Below are positions 28,701 through 43,200 of a stretch of DNA of 64,000 nucleotides, piece after piece. Made by a program: the position numbers and the translations under genes. How positions within the stretch are numbered: the first letter of the stretch is position 1; each line of letters begins with the position of its first letter. The DNA is from Felis catus (Eukaryota), in the NCBI RefSeq assembly GCF_018350175.1, contig NC_058383.1, forward strand, positions 9,116,001 through 9,180,000, read 5' to 3'. The notes under the pieces are model-generated. The model was not told the DNA's origin. It was given only the letters and a program-made list of their open reading frames with translations, and searched no databases.

Positions 28701-31222
28701 GATTCTGCGCCCTCAGAGGGCTCACCGTAGTACAGAAGACAACAGGCAGCAGTGAGCATGGGGGACATGGGGGCCTTGGCAGTAACAGGGCATGGGCAGG
28801 GAAAGGGGACAGAACAGGGCAGGCTCCTTAGAGGTGCCTCCCAAGCTGGGTGTCACAGGGGAAAGGACCTTGTCGGGTAGACAAGCACAGGAACGGGCAT
28901 TCCAGAGAAAGGGAAGAGGATGTTCTGAAGCAGGAACCAGCACAGAGTTTGGGGAGGGCGGTGGTAATTGCAGGGGGCAAGGGGTGAGTAGGGTGTAAGA
29001 GACCGGTGGGACAGGACCAGGTCCCGGAAGGTTCTGATGGCTAAGCTCAGAGCTGGGCTTCGTCTCACACGTCAGGGGACCCTGCTGAGGTGCTCTACAG
29101 TGGGGGTACCACCAGGACCACAGCTGTGTGCAGGCTGTACAGGTGGCAGCTTGGAGGGCAGGAGGCTGGCACAGAGCGGCCCAGTGATGCCAGGTGAGCA
29201 CAAGGGCAAAGACAAGGACACAGACGTATGCTGTTAAGTGGGAGACACGAAGACGGCCTCCAGGTCACTGTCTAAAGCTTTACCAGCCAGAGCTGCAGGG
29301 GAGAGGCAGGGCAGAGCCCTCGGTTCCGCACGGGCATGACCGCCCTTTAACCCACTGTCCAGAGTCCCCAGGACGCCCCATTCAAATCACAGACAAGTGG
29401 TGCTGCGGCCCCTGAAACAAGGCTCAGCACAGAGGCTCCGGTCCTGCCCAAGCAGCTATGAGGGTCTGGCAGGCCCTGTAATTACAGGAAGGATGGCTGG
29501 CTTTCCCAGTAGCCAGAGGGGCAGGACTGCTATGGGGACAAAGCCACTCAGCCCATGGGGAGTGCGGCAGGCTCTCCCATCCTTGGCCTCCAGGACTCCC
29601 AGGCACCAGGACGGCACAGGGACAGGAGCACTCAGAGGCCTGTGTAGGAGCTCTGCTCACTGGCGGCAAAGTTAGGATCAGAATCCAGGCCTCTGAAGTG
29701 CAGGCTGCCTCCTCTTGGTAGGGCCAGCCTCCTATGGGAGGCTGGGAGATTAAACCCAAGCACCTGGAGCACAGCCAGCACCCAGAGGCACTGTGGGAAG
29801 TACCCCCCGCGGCACAGGAAGGGCTGGTATCCTTCTCTGGCGCTACTCCTGGTCTCCAAACGAAACCAAAGGCAACATGGCTCCCGTGACACATACCTCA
29901 TCTGGGGCTATCTTCAGCTCTTCGGTATAGTTTTTTATCACCTGTTCTGGCTCTGGCTTTGGAGTCCCTCCTAGAAGAGAGAAGGACAGAAGCAGTGTCC
30001 CAAGGAGTACGAACTGGGGACGCTGGATCCAGAGAGGAAGAGGACAAGCCGCCAGGAGGGACATTCAGAGAGGCCAGGGCAGGAGGGTGAGCGTGCAAGA
30101 AGAGACGGGGGGGAGGTGGGGGCCGACTCGGCCACTCAGAGCCCTGCCGGGCAGAGCCCCCTCTGGCCCCACCAGGACGAGGACCAGAGACGGCTGCCGG
30201 TCACAGCCCCCAGGAGCTGTGTGCTGGGCCTCCACCACGTCCCTGTGCACATTCAGTCAGGAAGCTAGACGGACCCAGGCTCCTCAGGAGGACACACAGA
30301 AAAGCCAAACAGCAGCTTCTAAAACAAACTACTGTGGGGAGTGTCCCGGCAGCGCTGTTTCACTCAACTGTCATTACTCTGGTGCGAAAGCCAAGGCAGG
30401 AGAAGTTTCAGGAGCCGAACGTGCAGCGGGTGCCCACCCCCGCGGCACACAGATGCCCACTGACTGCGGATGATGGCCACGCTGACAGGGTCACGACAAA
30501 CCCCGGTTTTCTCTCGCCTGTCCCTGGACTGTGGGGTCTCAGTGACACCTCAACTCTGGGAAGGAGCCGAGGAGCAGCAGGAGGGGCACCCTGGCCACCC
30601 CACTCCTCTGTGCACATGTGCATGACGCTGCACCTGCACGAGCACCGGCCCCCACGCCCCCAAAACAAGAAACTCTCGCAGCGGGCGAGAGAACCGGCCA
30701 GGCCCGGGGCGGGGTGCGGGGGGGGGGGGGGTGGTGCTCTCCAGCCAGAGGCAGCGACAGAATCACAGAGAATGGCAGCAAAGCCGTGCAGGGGCAGAAA
30801 GGAGGGACCAGGGAGACCAATGTGGCCTGGGAAAGCAACCCCGGCAGGGCTCCACATCCTGCCTCCAGGTCACCAGGCAGCTCCTGGTCCTAGCCTCTGA
30901 GTCCCGAGGGACCCGGTTTGAACTCAAACTCATAGCCACCAGCCTATGGCCGCAAGGACATACGAGCCTGACGGCTCCACAGCCAAGCGCCCTCAAAACC
31001 AGAGAAGGCTAGGGGTCAGCTATGAAGGGAGCAGAGGCTGGGAGCGGGCGACGTCAGGCTTGATTCTGGCTCTTGTGCTGGGACCAAATCACGTCACCTG
31101 AATCTCAGTTCCCTCACCTAAAAACAGAGACCTAACCCTGACCGAAACTGTGATTGCTGTGAAGGCATGAACTGCTACTACCTAAAAGGCAGCGACTGGC
31201 AAAGGAATATCACCCTCTCTTC

Positions 31223-31253
<31 letters not shown>

Positions 31254-31556
31254 CCCACCCCCTTCACACACACAAACATACCACCACCCCCCACAAACAT
31301 ATCCCACACCCCTCACACACATACCCCATCCCTCTCCCCCTGCTCCACACACACACACCCCATCCCCCACAAACATATCCCATACCCCCCCCCCCACACA
31401 CACACACACACACTCCCCACACACCCATACACACAAACGCATCTCCCACCCCCTCATACAAATATACCCTCATCCCCTCACACATACAATATACACCCAC
31501 ACCCCCTCACACATGTACCCCACATATATCCACACACACATGCACCCCACACTCTG

Positions 31557-31598
<42 letters not shown>

Positions 31599-34500
31599 CT
31601 CTCCCCCACCCAGTACACATACAGACACATACACAGATTTCTAAGCCACTGACTGGTCACTGGTAAGAAAGTCAGGCCAAAGCACAATGACCACCGGCAC
31701 CAGTGGCCGTCCTCGTAGCTGCGACTCTACTTGGACTTAGGGAAGAGGCGTTTTAGAAAAGCCTGGTGGCTACAAGTCAGTCTCTAGAAGGATCCCAGGA
31801 CCCCCTCTGCCAGGACCAGCCTTGGGCCCACCTCTGGCTCAGCTCCGCATCCCATTTGCCCACCACTCGCCTTTGCCCGGGCAGCCTTTTAGAACCGAAG
31901 GTAGCTTTCCATGAGCCGTGTTTCTCAAAGAGGGCCAGCCAGGTGACCACCAACCCCAAGAAAGGGACACCTGAGCCCAGGAAGGCCAGAGGGTCTGCCA
32001 AGAACGTGTGTCCTTCCCGGGGAAGCCCAAGTATCTCAGGAAGCTCCTGGCCTGCCCTGCCCGCAGACCTGCCTCTACCTCCAAGGCAGAGGAAAAGGGG
32101 AGTGGGTCAGGACATCCGAGGCCTGCCTGACTTCGGGGACCCGGGTGAGGCGGGACACTGGGTATGAAGCCCTGCTGCTCCCTGGGCCTCCGTGCCACCT
32201 GCGAGGTCGGGGTTAGACAGATGGTGGGCCAGGGTCAGAGCAGCCCCCATCACTCTGTGCCGGGCACCTCACATGTGGATTTCCTATTCCTCCCACGACC
32301 AATCTGCTAAGTGGGAGGTACCGGCTCATGAACGGAGACACGGGCATGAGATCCTAAAGCAGTGAGCACAGAAGCCACGACTGGAACCCAAGACTGGCTG
32401 AGCCAGAGCCATGCTCCCTGCTCACCCCACCGTCCTGAAGGTCACTGGGCTTTCAGCAGTCTGTGCGTCTCCAGCCCAAAGCTGGAGGCAGAGCCACTAC
32501 CAGCTTTAGAAATGGCAGCTTTAGAACCTACTACCCACAGGCTCCTTCATGTAAGTCTGCTTAAAACTCACTGCACCTTCCACGGTTCTGAAACCCCTTC
32601 CTCCCCAGCCGTGTGATGGGCAGCACGGTGCTCAGTGGGAGACCCCTCGGAAGTAGGCCAGATAGGGCTGGGGGCCTTTCCTGAGACACATGCTGGCCCC
32701 GGCGGGAGGGACAGAGTCACCCCCATCCTGAGCCGGCCTCACCCCAGAGAGAGTCACAGAGTCCTCAAGAACAGGCCCCTCACGCTCCAACTGTGCCAGG
32801 AAGACGGGAGCTGAACTCTGGGTCCTGAGCGTTAAGTAGATTCTGGGGGCCACCTCTGAGCTGAGAGCAGGGAGAAGGGCCACTGAGCCCCTCCCCTGGG
32901 GGGTAAAGGAAGCAGAGAAGGGCCGCAGGAGTCAAAGAAGAGCAGTCGACGCAGGAGAGTCAGAGGCAGCAAGACTCGGAGGCTTAGCAGAGGCCAGAGA
33001 GCATTTGTGAGCAGGAACTACCTTTCATGGACATTTTCCTCAATCTCTTAACTGAGCTGTGACTTTTAGAGGCCAGACAGGAGGCGGGAGGGCTGGCGGG
33101 CTGGGGTGCGCGGCTAAGACACACAGGGAGTCCAATGGCTGACATCAGAATACTCGTCATGCCTACACGGGGTGCGAGATCAGACATGCAGAGAGGGGAG
33201 AAACGTTAGAAGGAGTCATTCGGCATGTGACGTCCACAAACCCTGGCTGAGTCCAGGTGGCACTGTCAACGGCCAGCAGGACCCACCGATCTCCCTGAGG
33301 ACTCAGCCGCTCGAGGCTGCCAGGGCCTACTCGGGCGCGCTGGGCTAAGCTCCAGGCCAGGAACCAGTGAAACGCCCGGCTCATCGGAGCCCCGGCCCCA
33401 AGTTCCACAGCTAACTGTACAAGCAACCACCCAGCCCGCGCTCACAGCATGCGGGGAAGGCGGTGGGGTGAGGCCGCTTGCTTCAGGAGGGCAGAGGGCA
33501 GGAAGCCATCCCAGGAAGCCTCCTAAGCAGTTCCGGATGGGGTCTCCCTGTGCTAGGAGCAAGGAGAGCAGGCGGTGACACGGAAGGATGCGGCCAAGCT
33601 ATGGAGATGTGGACGGGGTCTCGAGCTCCCAGTCCACCCCCTGTGCTCCCCCGGCTGTGCCCTCTTGGCTCCTGGTCACCTTGCCTCCAGTGGGGTGCTG
33701 TCTGCCTCCTGTCCCCCATCTGGCCTGTCTAGGTGTTTTCAGCGCCATTGCTAGGGTGGGTGGGCAGGAATGCTGGCCCCGGGACCTGCTCTCCCACCGA
33801 GGCACCCCCAAGGCCCTTGCTCCTCTGGAGCAGCAAGGGTCCCGGGCTGTGGCCTCCTCCTCTCGTGCCCTCGGTCAGGGCTCAAACAGCCCCTCTGCCC
33901 TGGACGGAGCAGGGTGGGCATACCCACGGGGGAAAGGCCTCACTCCTCAGCCTGGTGCTCCACACACACCCTCGCCGGACTCTCCCCCCTCACCGCTCCC
34001 TGAGGACCTGACACATCGTGGAACACGGCCTGTCCTCCTGCTGCAGTCTGTAGTCCTACTACACCCTCAGCCTACCTTGCTGTTCCACAGCACCCCTACC
34101 CAGTCCCCCCTGCCCTCTGTCTAGCTCAAAACCACCTCCTCCCCAGGAGAGCTCTGGGTTCCGCTCTGCCACCTTCCCTGCGGGCAGCCTGGGATAGGAA
34201 GTAGAGATCCCGCAGCTGGTGCTGCCCACTCGAGGGGCAACGCAGATGGGTGAGGGGAAACCCTGCCCTAGGACCTGGCCGGGCCAGCCACTGTGGCCTC
34301 TACAGAACAAAGACTCAATGTGGCAAACATGCCCAGTCAGGGACAGAAGCAGAGGCCAGCCAGCAGCCTGGGCATGGGCAGCACAGCAGAGGCGGGCAGG
34401 GGGTGCCGTGGCAGCCACTTGCAAGAGACACAAAAGTGCACGTCAGAAGACCACGGCTGCACCCCAGGCGCTCGCTTGTCAGGTAATGCAATGCCACCAG

Positions 34501-36161
34501 CGTCTTAGGGTTGAGTGCTTCTGAGCTCAGATGTGAGTCTGAACCTAACCGTCCGGTGGACGGAATAATGACAAGCAGGCACGGGGACAGAACGATGGAG
34601 GGGACGGGAACGATGCCTTAGTAGAGCCCTGGGCCTCTGTGCTGACCATGACCTCCTCCCCCAACACCCACTGCCTCACTTCGACCAGACCTCTCCCCAA
34701 GTGTCTCCTAGGAGGCAGCCCTGCCCTGACCACCCCATCTACAAGAGCCACGTCCCCTCCATCTCTGCCTCCTTTACCCGACTTAGTGTTACCTGAAAGG
34801 ACTCGCATACCTGGTTTGGGGACTGCTGTCTTCCCTGCAATGAACACCCAGGGCAGGGCCCGGTCACAGGAGGTGTTCACAGCACCTGTCTGCTGGGGAA
34901 CCAAGATATCCCCAAATGCTGCTGGGTGGCTGCTGTGAGGCCAGCATGAACAACGCTTCTGCTCCGGTCAATGCAGGACCCCCTCCCCTGAATTCAAGTC
35001 ACGGACACAGAAGTCTCAACTTAAAAGCCTGCGGAGAAGCAGCCCCTGCTCTGTGGCCTGCCTTCTTGCAAGAACGTGCGAGAACCGCCCCACACCCACA
35101 CTTCGCGAAAGCAACATCCACTGGACAGGATGAGGTGGGGAGACGCCCAGAGGGGGCCATCACATCTTCCCAACAGCAGAGCTCAGGGACAACCCCCCAA
35201 ACTCCTCACATCCCCAAATAACTGTAGCAGCTTGAACGGCCACAGCTTCACCACTCTTCTGAGAGGATTCCCGCTTATCTGTCAGAGCCCCCGAGAGAGC
35301 AGTCCCTGTCGCGGTCAGATGTACAATCACTTTCTTTCTGACACCAGGGGTCGGCCCTTCGTCTAGTGACCGGGGCTCAGGTCCAAGCCCGTCCTGACTC
35401 TGGCCTTGCCCGGCCAGCCCCACTCCTCCTGGCTGTCTGGGCTTGGGCAGGCTGTGAAAGCAGAAAACTCCAAGGCGAGGGCTGGGCCATGCTGCAGCCA
35501 GGGAAGCTGTCACCTGAGGCACTGAGGCCTGACCTGGAGGTGGCTCCTTGGTGGACCTCCTGTCCCAGTGTAGATGACCACTTGCTTGTAAACCTACCCA
35601 CAGAGTGCTCAGTGCAGGGAAGACAGCACTCTGTTCTCCAGACCCTACTTCCTGGAGGCTGGCTCAGGATCTCTCCCTCCCTGACACTTTAGACTAGGGT
35701 CCCACCAACAACTACAAGCCAGAGGCTGTGTTCAGAGGAGGTGGCATCTGACCAGTGGCTTGAGTCTCCACTCTGTGCTCGCTGGGACCGAGTTCCTAAA
35801 TCTTTGAGGTTTCCCCAGTGAGTAAAATGGAGGTTAAAAGACCTACCTACCTCCTGCATCGATCTGAGAGCCAAGGTGACAGGGGACATTGGAGACAATC
35901 TGGGATACAGACCAGAGAAGGTCCTCAGCCTCAAGAGCAGCGGAAAGGGAGCAAGTGCTACTCAATCCCCAGACCACTTCTGAGACGCGTTGAGAAAAGT
36001 TATTACAGGGGCGCCCGGGTGGCTCAGTTGGTTAAGCATCCGACTTTGGCTCAGGTTATGATCTCACAGTTCGTGAGTTCGAGGCCCGCATCCTGCTCTC
36101 TGCTGTCTGCATGGAGCCTGTTTCGGATCCTCTGTCCCCCTCTCTCTCTGCCCCTCCTCCA

Positions 36162-36207
<46 letters not shown>

Positions 36208-36372
36208 ATAAATAAACTTGAAAATATTAGAAAAGTTATTATAACATCTGTATTCAAGCCTTAGTGATTACAGTGCTGAATGGAGCTGGGCCATATGCAG
36301 GCCAGGCCTATTCACCTACAACCGTTCTCCAATAAGACCACCACCACACACATGCGTGTGCGCGCGCGCGCG

Positions 36373-36429
<57 letters not shown>

Positions 36430-39400
36430 CTGACTCACCTATGGCATCTGATGCCACAAGAGGACCTAAACTCAGGAGGAACTTTCCAGTCACCACATCT
36501 TTGCTCACTGTTCTCTTTGCCCCCGTAGAAGGCTGATGGCTGAGCAGCTGAAGCAGGTTCCAGAGGGGCCCCCTCTCCTGTCTTCTACCACTTTTCTGAT
36601 TGGTCCCTCCATTTCCTTCAAGGGCTCTTCCCAGAATCCCACTTACAGTCTCTGTGAGCTCATACGATCCCCCCACGGGGGCAGAGGCCACCCCATTCCA
36701 CCCCAGAATGTTCTTCTGAGCTGCACACCCAAACTCCCACTGCGCCCAGGACAGATGCGCCGGGCCACAACCACAGCCAGCACCCCCCACCTCTCCCCGC
36801 GCTCCCACCAGACTCCGGATCGGCACAGTGTAATGGCTAAGAACCCAGGTGCTGAGGCCTAGAATGCCTGGGGCTGAGTCCCAGCTCTACCAAGGGCTGA
36901 CTGGCTCATCTTGGGAAGTGTCTGGAATTCTCTGAGGCTATTTCCCCAAGTATGAAATAGGAATAAAAGTTCATCCCTCACAGAGCTGTTACTGGGAAGA
37001 AGTGAAGGAAGACACATGCAAAGCCCCTACATGATCCTCAAGAACGATCACGACGTGTTATAGCACCACATCGGCAGCCTCACACCGGGCCTCCTTCTAT
37101 TCCTTCTCTCTCACGGCGCACCCAGTCACCAAGTCAGACGCTCTTACCTCCACGACTGCCACGGCTCCCCTGAGCCATCATGTCGGGCTCCACACGGGTC
37201 TCCCTGCCCCGGGCCTGTCCCCTCGAACTCCCACTGTCTACTACGGTGACTCACCCTAACACACAGACTCGGGTTATCTTATTCCCCTGCTTCAACCTCA
37301 CTACACTCCTCCCCTCTAGCTTTCCATAACACATGGCATTTCCCGTTAGTTAAAAAGTAACTTTCAGTAGCTCCCTAAACTCTAAAAGGAATCTAAAAAA
37401 CAGTTCAAAGATGTATGGTTAACAAATGATCCAGTTGGACACAAAGCCACTTAATTCAAAACGTAACTGCAGCCAAAATAGCTGCAAGTTCCCCCAAAGG
37501 GCCCCTTTCGGGAAATGCCTAAAGCATCTCAGGACAGAGCAGTGACTCAAACCATAATTGAAGTGACGTGAAAATGTAAAAGGTGGAAAGGTCCACACCA
37601 TGGTTCCCACTGATATCAAGCAGGACTCCCCTGGAGAGACAAAGGAGGGGCGGCCCCAGGCCCACTCGCTGAGGGTATGCTGAGGGTGCGTACACTGTCA
37701 CCCATCACCCAAAAGAGGCACCGCCCCCTAGGGAGTGGCTGCGGCTTTCCGTGAGAAGAAACAAGGTAACAGCACCCCCACCCCGCCATCTCCTCCCTCA
37801 ACCACGCATTCTCCCACCACCTCCGCATCCTGCCCCCTGCCAGGTGGTCTGTTCTGGAACCCGGAACCCAGCTGGGTGCCTACCTGCGAGGGCTTGCTGG
37901 ACCCGGCTGGGCTTCGGCATCTGCACAGGCACAGCGGCAGGGACGCTCCCAGGGCTGCTGGCAGGACCGCTGGGGAGGGAGGCACTAGGGGAGAGGAGAG
38001 GACAAAGCTTAACGTAGGAGCCGATTTAGCAGGAACAAGAGCCAGAGAAAGACCAAGATAGGAATTCGCTGGTGTTGCCGGGGCCACTTCGCAGCTTCAC
38101 TCTGCATGGCTGCTTCTGTGTGAGTGAGGATTTCTGGGTTTTCTTTTAATTAAAAAGATCCTGATGTCTGGAAAGAGAATCAAAGAAATCTGAATGTCAG
38201 CACTCTTAGACCCAAACTAACCTACAGAATCTGACTGCTGAGGATGTGAAGCCCAGAGCCAGCCCCACCACCGCCACAAAAATCAAGTGGGGACGTAAAA
38301 CTCCAAGCCAGGCCTCGAGTGGGGGGAGCATCAGCTGGCAGGGCCAGAGCAGTGATGGGAGAGAACACTGCTGGGGGGGGGGGCGGTGAGCCTCCGCTTT
38401 TTACAAGCGATCAAGAAGGAAGCATAAACTGTCAAAAAAAAAAAAAAGTTTTCCTGGGCAATTCAGACTCCGAAGACAATCCTAAAAGAATTCTGAGCTC
38501 ACTCACTTTGTCAGAATAAGAGCTCTATGGTACCTGAAGAGGGGAAATCTGGCAGCAACCGCTCTAACAAGTACTCAAGACCAGTATCACCAGTAATAGG
38601 GCCAATCAACACCAGGAATCCCAGAAATGGTGCTCTGAAAGGGACAGAACACCATTTTTGTGCTTCCTGCCAAAAGTGTATAACCTCAAGCATGAGAAAC
38701 CAACAGACAGGCCCAAATTAAGGGACATTCGACAAAGTAACTCTTTAAAAGTGTCAAGGTTATGGGAGATAAAGGAGGAACTCCTACTGAAGGGAGGAAA
38801 GGAAGAAGAAAGCAAAACTGGATGCGAAGTGGGGTCCCCCAGGATCCTGGGACAGAATGGAAACAGTGGTGAAAAACCGGTGAAAATCGAGAAAAGTCCT
38901 TAGTTAACAGGAACGCACCCACGGCCATTCGCGGGTTCTGAGGACTGCAGCATGGTTATGAAAGATGTTTATGAGAGGAGTCAAGAAAGGGAGATATGGT
39001 AACTCTCTGCACTATTTCTTAACTTTTCTATAAACCTAAAACCAGTTCAAATAAAAACCAGTTCAAAATAAAAGAATTTCTTTTTGGATTTTTTTTTTTT
39101 TTTTAAATGGGGGTCTTGCTTCCCACAGTAACTATGTTTGAGTCATTCATCTGGTTCTAAGACATTCTATTTCTCAAGTGTTAATAAATCTACACGACTC
39201 TGGTTTGGGAAGAGCCCCACACTGGAGACCGGCTGGCGGAGGTGGCCCGAAACGCCTGACAATCCACCCCCACCCCCCCCACCGGCCCAATTCCCGCGTG
39301 TTCCAGCCCATCCTGGGGCACCTCGGTATTTGTCTGAGTGAAGAAAGACGTTGTTTTGTTTTCATTTCTTGATTCTTCTCCCCAAAGAGAATAACCCGTG

Positions 39401-40244
39401 TGGCCACACTACTCACATCGTGGCCCCCGCCTCGGCTACACTCAAGCCTGAGGGAACAAGGGACCTGGCTCCGGAGTGCTCTGATAATGCAGGGGAAGAG
39501 CCAGGCATTGAGACCACCTGCGCTAAGGTCTGATCCCACTAAACTGTTTGATTTGGAGCAACCACCACCCCCTTCCTGGGCCTGTTTCTCCATTTGGGTT
39601 TTTTATTCTTTTATTTTTATTTATTTACTTTTAAAAATTTTTTTTTAACGTTTTATTTATTTTTGAGACAGGGAGAGACAGAGCATGAACAGGGGAGGGT
39701 CAGAGAGAGGGAGACACAGAATCCGAAACAGGCTCCAGGCTCCGAGCTGTCAGCACAGAGCCCGACGCAGAGCTCGAACTCCCGGACCACGAGATCATGA
39801 CCTGAGCCGAAGTCAGCTGCTTAACCGACTGAGCCACCCAAGCGCCTCCCATTTGGGTTTTTTAAAGGAAGGTAGATAATCTCTGACAGTCTTTGCAATT
39901 CTTAGGTTCTAGAAGTGAAGGAATTCCAGAAGGTAGAGCCCTTCTAGTCATGGACTCAGGCAACCTTCTGGGCCTCCCCTGTTCCTGGGTCTATCTACAA
40001 GGCCCAACCTGGCTTTCTTGTCTGGGACTATCCCCAGGAGCTTCCAAATGGAGCTCAGAATGAGACACGAGGATTTCTAGTCTTCTGTGAAGGCGAGATT
40101 GGACAGCCCCTGTGCAAAGGGCAAGGCTGGGAGGCTGGACCAAGGAAATGCATAGCCTCCTACCAGCTCCCCACAGGGTGAGCCAGCACTAATCAGCAAC
40201 CCCGGGCAGCACGTGCAGTATGAGGAATGTGACACGGCTCGGGG

Positions 40245-40280
<36 letters not shown>

Positions 40281-43200
40281 GGGCTCTGGAGACCCCGCTA
40301 ACAGCACCTGCTCCAGCTTAAAGCTGTGTGCCCTTGGCCAGGTCGAGTACCCTTTCTGAAATTCAATTTTTCTATCCGTAAGATGAGAACAATTCTAAAA
40401 GGCCCTTGGGGTGGTTGTGAGGCTCAATCCACAGCCCAGTACAAATGTCCACTGTTCCCCTGTTCTCAGAGGAGCAAAGGGGACACAGGAAAGCTGAGGA
40501 GCCGCCGGGTACCTTCCTGCAGGGCTCCCCTGAAACCTTGAAAACTGTAATACTGGAGCAAAAGGAAATGTCACACTTCCCAGCCCAACTCCTTAATCTT
40601 AAGAGGGGAAAGGAGGGACGTGGAAAGGGAACAGAGCTGACCCAAGGGCCTACAGCCAGTCGGGAGGAAGGTCCCCCTGGGACCCAGGACCCCCGAGCAC
40701 CCAGGCCAGGCTGAGAGCAGGTGGGAGTGCCTTTACAGGCTGGGAGAACAGCAGTAGCAAGAACAGAGCAGATGAAAGCAAACCGGCAGAGCCATTTCCA
40801 AGGGCCATTTAGTGCAAAGGCAAGGCGCCCCAGGGCTCAGCCACACCAAAGCTGCAACAGACTGCTGGTCACGATCACTACCGGAAGTCATCAAAACGTT
40901 AAGCCACCACACCCCCTATTAAAGACGGCGAGAGTGTGCAAGACACATTTTGGAAAGTTTTCCACCCCACATCATTAAAACACAAGTTTTGGTGCTTAAA
41001 GGGATAAAGTTCAGCTACTAGGAAATTTTCTTAAACCCAGCAGCTCAGTGACAGACAGACGAAGTCCCTTCTCAATGTATTACTGCCTACTCAGAAAGCC
41101 TCCCACAAGGAAGTCAGTCGGCCAAGGTTTTACCCAGGTTGAGCAAGAAGCGATGTGAAACCACACGGGTTCCCAAATAAAAACCACATGGGTTCCGTGA
41201 ATTTTGATTCCACTCATTCACATGTTCTTTCCAGCGGCTACCAGTAAGTACAGCTGGTTCTCAGGCTTCCCCTGCCAGCCTGGGGAATTTTCAGTTAATG
41301 TAGCTGACAATCATTCACCTTGGAGAACCAGACCACAGGCCCCAAGGAGACCAAGGGGTCGAGTGTTTTCGATCATCCTGGCCCTGCTGGGTCAAGACAC
41401 CAGGTATTCGTTACACCCCTTCCAGCCAGCTCTACGACACCCACCGGAAGGGGGTGAACTAAAGAGCATCGATACAAATAAGACGTGGGAGAAATCCTGT
41501 TTTGCCAAACAAGGATAGGCCCATGCAAGTGAACTGTGCCTCTCCCAGCTGCTGAAAAGCTGGAGGAGATAAAGATGAACACCCACCTCAGGAGGAAGGC
41601 TCCTTCGAGGCGGTTTCAACTAACAGAGCTGGCTGGCCTGGTCCCCTTCCTGGCTGACAACCAAGGCAAGCAGGGCAAGTAGCAACACGCAGGCCCAGAA
41701 GCAAAGGTAAGACCTTCCCTTCTGTAACTTGCCTGGCCTGTACCAGGGGGCCCCCTTTGGCAGTCTCTCGGGCCCTCAGGCTGGGGAGGGGGGACGCCAG
41801 AGAAATATCAGGAGAGACCAATGGGAGCCCTGTACCAGGAAAGAGCAACAAAGCCCATCAATCAAATCACTTGGCTCAATCCCAGAATCCCAGTTCTAGA
41901 ACTATCTAGAAATGTGCCTCAAAATAATCTGTAAGAATTTAAGAAGCCCCAGGAGGCTCAGCAGAACTGACCTAGTAGAAGAGGCTCTGGTCCTGCTGAT
42001 AACCATTCTGGGCTGGCAGACAGCACACTTTTCCCTGAAAGATTCTGACCCACTTACTATAGGGGGCCTCACAGCACTCTGGGTGGGGCTGGGACAGCCC
42101 AGAGCCCCATTCACTAATGCCCACGTGAAAATCCGGGGAGAAGGCCAAGTGAAAGCTCCTGTAGCCCCATTCCCAGAAAGAACTCAGGTCCACCTGCTCC
42201 CACTCCCTGAAGGAGATGCCCCCAGAAGATGCCCTGACCCATTCTCCTCCTGTCTACGGACTCCCCACGGTCATCGCTCAAGATACCACTGCCTTCCTAT
42301 TACTCTGCCTTTAAGACAGCTTCAAGAACTCCACGTGTCCCTTACAGCCTGCTGTGGGGCCTGGTTTAACCCCAACTCTACCACTTGCTGGCTATGCTGC
42401 CAACCTTGTCAACCTCGGTGTGCTCATCCATAAGCTGAGGACACCACCTACCATATGGTCACTATAAGGATTACTGACATCATTCACACAGCCTGCTCGA
42501 TAGGGCCTGGCAATGTGTGCTCAGTGAATGGCAGCTGTCACCCTCTCTTATAGAAGCTGGCAGGGTCCTCTGAAACCTAGCTTTAAAAAAATGCTAGGAG
42601 TGCCTGGGTGGCTCAGTTGGTTAAGCGTCGGATTTCAACTCAAGTCATGATCTCAAGGTTCGTGGGTTTGAGCCCCACGTCAGGCTCTTTGCTGACAGTT
42701 CAGAGCCTAGAGCCTGCTTCAGATTCTGTGTCTCCCTCTCTGCACCCCTGCCCTGTTCGCTCTCTGCCTCTCTAAAAATTAAATAAACATTGGGAAAAAA
42801 AATTAGCTAGAGGTCCAGGAAGCCGCTGAGAAAGTGTTGTCCACACTGGGAAGCCCTCACTCACCATGGTCAAAGAGGCAGGGATGCGGCTGGGTGATGA
42901 GCAAGGCAGAACCAAGAAGCTGACTGGCCAACGTCAGTCCAAACCAACAAGATGTTGACCCCCTTGGGGGGCAGGGCAGTCACAGGCCCGCTACAGGCCC
43001 ACACATCCAGTCACTACCCACCCTCTCCGGTCACCATCTCAGAAACCAGCCCCCCCATCCCAGCTCCCATTTGGAATTCTCTAAATGTTCTCCAAGCCCA
43101 ACACCCTCAGTGATGATCACTGACAAGGCCCCTTGTCAGTGACAGGTCTCCAAGCACCCAGAGAGCAGCCCCCACTGGCCACTCCAAGAGGTTTCCTGAC

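Noticed and set aside
31167..31652. His/Thr/Pro-rich 161-aa ORF
   Set aside because: Translation of a CA-rich low-complexity repeat.
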